Positions 60,378 to 64,000 of a stretch of 64,000 nucleotides of DNA are shown one piece after another. The translations under genes and the position numbers were made by a program. Within the stretch, counting starts at the first letter, position 1, and every line of letters begins with the position of its first letter. This stretch comes from an uncultured delta proteobacterium (GTDB lineage: Bacteria; Desulfobacterota; Binatia; Binatales; Binataceae), in NCBI GenBank assembly GCA_963808235.1, contig CAWEEQ010000004.1, positions 2,400,001 through 2,464,000 of the forward strand. The letters run 5' to 3'. Under the pieces are notes generated by a model. That model worked only from the letters and a program-made list of their open reading frames with translations. It did not search any database and was not told where the DNA came from.

Positions 60378-60758
60378 CTACTGCGTGGGCGCCGGCGAGG
60401 TTATGTCCGGATTCGCGGGAGCTGACACCTTGATCTTGTGATCGAACCGGGTCCACAGGCGCGTGGTCAGATCAGGCAGAAGCATGAAGCACAGAAACGT
60501 CACCAGGATGATCGGGATGATCGCGATGATCGCGAGCGCTCTGCGCTCGATCGCCAGGTGCATGAAGTACATCGCGACCAGCACCGCCTTCGCGAACGCG
60601 AGCGCGACCAGCAGGCCGACCTTGGCCACCTGGGGCAAGCCGATCGCATAGACGAACAGCTCGACCCCGGTGAGTATGGAGAGGTAGACGAAGATTGCGA
60701 TGTAGTTCGGCTCGGCGTGATCAACCGCATGTCCTGGAACCGCTGCTTGCGTCGTCAT
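60378..60758 (-). CDS. Cytochrome c oxidase subunit IV family
   Basis: YIAIF..L.ILT.VE, AKAVLVAMYFMHL. Confidence 0.9.
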   Translation of the reverse strand: MTTQAAVPGHAVDHAEPNYIAIFVYLSILTGVELFVYAIGLPQVAKVGLLVALAFAKAVLVAMYFMHLAIERRALAIIAIIPIILVTFLCFMLLPDLTTRLWTRFDHKIKVSAPANPDITSPAPTQ

Positions 60759-60822
60759 TGATTGAATTCCGTCCCCGTCGTAAATGGCCGCGCGGCCGTT
60801 GTTCAGCCTTTTGGTGAAATCT

Positions 60823-61446
60823 CTAAATCAAATAAATGAACGTGAAGATCAGGATCCAGACCAGGTCGACGAAGTGCCAGTAGAGGCCCGCGACCTCGAC
60901 CAGGTTCGCTTTCGCCTGCGGCAGCTTGCCCATCATTCCGCGAATCAGAAGCACGCTGTTATAAACCACGCCGCCGGTAACGTGCATGCCGTGGAATCCG
61001 GTCAGAATGAAGAACGTCGCGTCGAAGAGATCGCGCTTGACCGACATCCCTCGCTCGCCGATCAGATGATGCCATTCGAACGCCTGCATCCCGAGGAAGA
61101 GGAGTCCGCCCAGCACCGTCAGCGCCATGAAGTTGCGAAACTTCGACTGGTTGCCGTGCTGGATGCCGCTCAACGCCTCGACCATCGTGAGACTCGAGCA
61201 AATCAAGATGAAGGTCATCACGGCGGTGGTGGTGATACCGAGATAGTCGGCGGGCGACGGCCAGTTCGGATTGCCGATGCGCAGCGCGCCGTAGGCGGCG
61301 ATGCCGGCGCCGAAGGTCATCGCGTCGCCGGCCAGGAAGGTCCACATCCCGAGCTTGCCGAGATTTCCGGGCGTGACGGACGGTTCCAGTTGGTCGGCCT
61401 GCACCGCGCCGTGTGGTTGAGTCTCTGCTGCAGCAGCCTCGCTCAT
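60823..61446 (-). CDS. Cytochrome c oxidase subunit III
   Basis: KLGMWTFL, TGFHGMHV, GLYWHFVDLVW. Confidence 0.93.
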   Translation of the reverse strand: MSEAAAAETQPHGAVQADQLEPSVTPGNLGKLGMWTFLAGDAMTFGAGIAAYGALRIGNPNWPSPADYLGITTTAVMTFILICSSLTMVEALSGIQHGNQSKFRNFMALTVLGGLLFLGMQAFEWHHLIGERGMSVKRDLFDATFFILTGFHGMHVTGGVVYNSVLLIRGMMGKLPQAKANLVEVAGLYWHFVDLVWILIFTFIYLI

Positions 61447-61512
61447 CGTTACCATCCTCTCCCGGTCAATTGGCTATAGTCAGTATGCATTCGAAGTGAG
61501 TAGTCTCCAATA

Positions 61513-61779
61513 CTATCGCTTTACGATCGTCGGTGGATTTGAATCGTCACCTTTGCGGATCGAGCGACGATAGACGAACCACGTGATTCCTCCAATCGCC
61601 GCGAACGAAACGTACGGTGATGCCAGCATGAATAGCACGCTGGCCTTGTACGCGTTGAACGCGTGATCGCCCGACGACAGTCCGCAAGTCGCGCACGCGT
61701 TTGCGATTCGCGGAGACGCCGCGAAAAGCGCACTTACTATCGCCATCACCGCAGCATTGAGCTTTCCACTTTTAATCAT
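61513..61779 (-). CDS. Small CxxC membrane protein in oxidase operon
   Basis: Signal-like N-terminus ending ANA-CATCG, one TM; GAGAGG RBS. Confidence 0.7.
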   Translation of the reverse strand: MIKSGKLNAAVMAIVSALFAASPRIANACATCGLSSGDHAFNAYKASVLFMLASPYVSFAAIGGITWFVYRRSIRKGDDSNPPTIVKR

Positions 61780-61801
61780 CGCGTTCCTCTCACCCGCCAA
61801 A

Positions 61802-62471
61802 CTACATTAGATATACCAGTCCAAACAGGACCGGCCAGACTGCGCAGACGAAAAACCAGTATACCGCGCAGAGCTCGATTCCACTCGAGTTGCGGGCATT
61901 GTAACGCCCGCGCATCGCGGCCACGACGACGATCGAGAGCCAGATGACGCCGGCGGTGACGTGAGCGGCGTGGCATCCGATCAGAATATAAAAAAAGCTG
62001 CCGTACGAGCCGCTCGACAATTTGAGTCCGTGCGCGACCAGCCGCACCCATTCACTGCCCTGCACCGCGAGGAACGTCACCCCCAGCGCGAGCGTCGCGA
62101 GCAAGTAACGTCTGAGCAGGCGTTGGCGGCTATGATGCACCGCGCGAAGGGCCATCGAGATCGTGACCGCGCTCGCGAGCAGCACGAAAGTGTTTACCCA
62201 GGTGACCGCGATCGGCAGGCGCGGCAGACCGGGCGGCGGCCAGAACGCCGCCTGCATGCGGAAAACCAGAAACGATCCGATGAGCCCGCTGAAGAGCATC
62301 ATCTCGGTCCCGATAACCATCAGGACCGCGAGCATCGCGCTGCTGATGAACAGGCGCTCGCGCTGGTCGCCGTCGGACGTTCGAGTCGGACCCGCCTCCA
62401 CGACGCCGTATCGGCGCCACGAACGGCCGGACTTTCGCTGTCGAACTCGATGCTGTCACGTTTCGCGTCAT
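61802..62471 (-). CDS. Second cytochrome c oxidase subunit III-like protein (possible frameshift near 62350; alternative start GTG 62401)
   Basis: TEMMLFSGL, NTFVLLAS, GCHAAHV, YWFFV. Confidence 0.85.
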
Positions 62472-62485
62472 CTGGATGCTTCTCG

Positions 62486-62608
62486 TCAATGCTTCACGAC
62501 AATCGTCACGACCGACACAACTACCAGCAGGACCATGATGCCGATCAGAATTTTAAGAGTGCGCCAGATTTCAACTTTCCGCTCTTCGCGGCTTACTAAT
62601 GTCGGCAT
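62486..62608 (-). CDS. 40-aa single-TM small protein (MPTLVSREERKVEIWRTLKILIGIMVLLVVVSVVTIVVKH)
   Basis: ATG 8 nt after the cyoE stop; fills operon gap; charged N-terminus plus one TM. Confidence 0.65.
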   Translation of the reverse strand: MPTLVSREERKVEIWRTLKILIGIMVLLVVVSVVTIVVKH

Positions 62609-62616
62609 CGTCTTAC

Positions 62617-63522
62617 TCACACTCGATCTAAAACCAATACCAGTAGCACGATTGGCAAATAGACAAGCGACGCGAGCAACAGTCTGCGCGCCGCGGTGAG
62701 ATTCTCGGGCGCACGAACCATCGCAAATCCAAACACAAGCATCGCGGCGCCGAGTGCCGTGGCAAGTATCATGTAAACGGCGCCGGTGAATCCGAGCAGT
62801 GTTGGAACAATTCCGATCGCGATTAGCCCGAGGCATCCGGCGATCACCACCGGATTCGACGGATTTCCGCCGCGCGCGGTGTCCTTCGGGAGCAGCCAGA
62901 TTCCCGCGCGGGCGTAGTCGCTGCGGTACAGGCGCGCGACCGCCATAGTGTGCGGCAACTGCCAGAGGAACATGATCGCAAACAGGATCATCGGTTCGAG
63001 CGCGAGGCTGCCACGCGCCGCGGCCCATCCCGCAACTGGAGGCAGCGCGCCGGGAATCGCGCCGACGAGGTTGCACATCCAGGTGTAGCGCTTCATCGGC
63101 GTGTACGCGCCAAGATAAATGACGGTGACCGACGCGATCACCGCGGTGCAGAGCAGGTTCGTCGTGACTGACAAGTAGATGAAGCCTGCGACAGTCGCAC
63201 TCGCGCCGAATGCCAGCGCTTCCGCCGGCCGCATCCGCATGTCGGGGAGCGGACGATGCTGGGTGCGCTTCATCATCGCGTCGGTGTCGCGCTCGACGTA
63301 TTGATTGAGTGCGAGCGTTCCGCCGGCCGCGAGCGCGGTGCCGACGATCAGATTCAGCGCGAGGGTCACGTCAAATCCCGCACGCCCGCCGAGATAGAAG
63401 CCTGCGAGCGTCGTGACCAGAACCATCAGGACCACGCGCGCCTTGGTCAGCTCGAAATAGTCGCTCACCCGGCCGTGCGGGATAGTCAGCGCGGATTCAG
63501 CGGCCGCAACCTTAGTATTCAT
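62617..63522 (-). CDS. cyoE: Heme O synthase (protoheme IX farnesyltransferase)
   Basis: ELTKARV, NQYVERDTDAMMKRTQHRPLP, GAIPGALPP, FLWQLPH, DYARAG. Confidence 0.95.
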   Translation of the reverse strand: MNTKVAAAESALTIPHGRVSDYFELTKARVVLMVLVTTLAGFYLGGRAGFDVTLALNLIVGTALAAGGTLALNQYVERDTDAMMKRTQHRPLPDMRMRPAEALAFGASATVAGFIYLSVTTNLLCTAVIASVTVIYLGAYTPMKRYTWMCNLVGAIPGALPPVAGWAAARGSLALEPMILFAIMFLWQLPHTMAVARLYRSDYARAGIWLLPKDTARGGNPSNPVVIAGCLGLIAIGIVPTLLGFTGAVYMILATALGAAMLVFGFAMVRAPENLTAARRLLLASLVYLPIVLLVLVLDRV

Positions 63523-64000
63523 GCGGTCACCTGATGTTCCATGGCGCGGCGCGCGTGCGCACGCGACTCGATCGCATCAGCGCGATGCGGAACTCCGAGA
63601 ATGCGATATGCGCGAAGCGTAAGCGTGAGGCTGGTCGCGAGCACTGCCGCACCGATCGCGACGTGGCTGGTCGTGATGAGCACGTTGCGCCCGCTCCAAA
63701 TGGTCATCGCGCCAAGACAAATCTGCCCGACCAGCAGGATGAACAATCCGAGCGCCGGCCGGCGAAGCGCGACGACCTCGCGATGCGTTCTGAGGACGCG
63801 CGCGACGGTCCACAGAACCATCGCGGTGACGACGATCGCGCCGCACCGATGCGCAAAGTTGATCGCGATGAACTGGTTGAAGAACGGCGGGACGATTTGG
63901 CCAAACGAAAGTGGAAAGTCGGGAATCACAAGGCCCGCACTCATGTGCCGCATCACGGCGCCGATCAGAATCTGTGTATAAATAACGACCGTCGTCGCTG
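63519..64000 (-). CDS. ctaA: Heme A synthase (COX15/CtaA), 5' truncated by window
   Basis: QILIGAVMRH..AGL..PDFP, FAHR.GA, QICLG, HVAIGA; overlaps cyoE start. Confidence 0.88.
   Translation of the reverse strand, partial: ATTVVIYTQILIGAVMRHMSAGLVIPDFPLSFGQIVPPFFNQFIAINFAHRCGAIVVTAMVLWTVARVLRTHREVVALRRPALGLFILLVGQICLGAMTIWSGRNVLITTSHVAIGAAVLATSLTLTLRAYRILGVPHRADAIESRAHARRAMEHQVTA

Overview
A 64-kb, GC-rich bacterial chromosomal segment with about 70 genes. Gene content (many LLM/F420-type oxidoreductases, crotonases and alpha/beta hydrolases, plus a characteristic small conserved protein at 35.0-35.5 kb) suggests a soil Deltaproteobacteria-like lineage such as Ca. Binatota; this is inference, not a database result. 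Core genes include tldD/tldE, recO, nfeD-SPFH, udg, coaBC, ino1, mrp, pfkA, an ABC-F ATPase and the 3' part of a heme-copper oxidase operon. Accessory genes include higBA, a ~1,260-aa FG-GAP adhesin, a class A beta-lactamase and tandem GSTs. I found no rRNA, tRNA, CRISPR array or transposase. About nine genes carry single-base frameshifts, most likely assembly indels. Most notable: (1) a ~1,280-aa REase-TPR-GreAB-C-PIN conflict-type protein whose nuclease motif is substituted at every catalytic position while the PIN motif is intact; (2) local tracts, often beside REP-like hairpins, where cytosines have been lost from one strand at synonymous sites regardless of gene orientation; (3) a compact cobalamin riboswitch upstream of a lone tonB and two unknown exported proteins; (4) a double FG-GAP propeller inserted inside a Calx-beta domain, with hypervariable loops; (5) a zntA-like 20-bp-spacer MerR promoter driving its own regulator plus a glutaredoxin; (6) a shared operator and near-leaderless promoter before two GSTs; (7) a 40-aa membrane smORF in the oxidase operon that the ORF track does not call separately.
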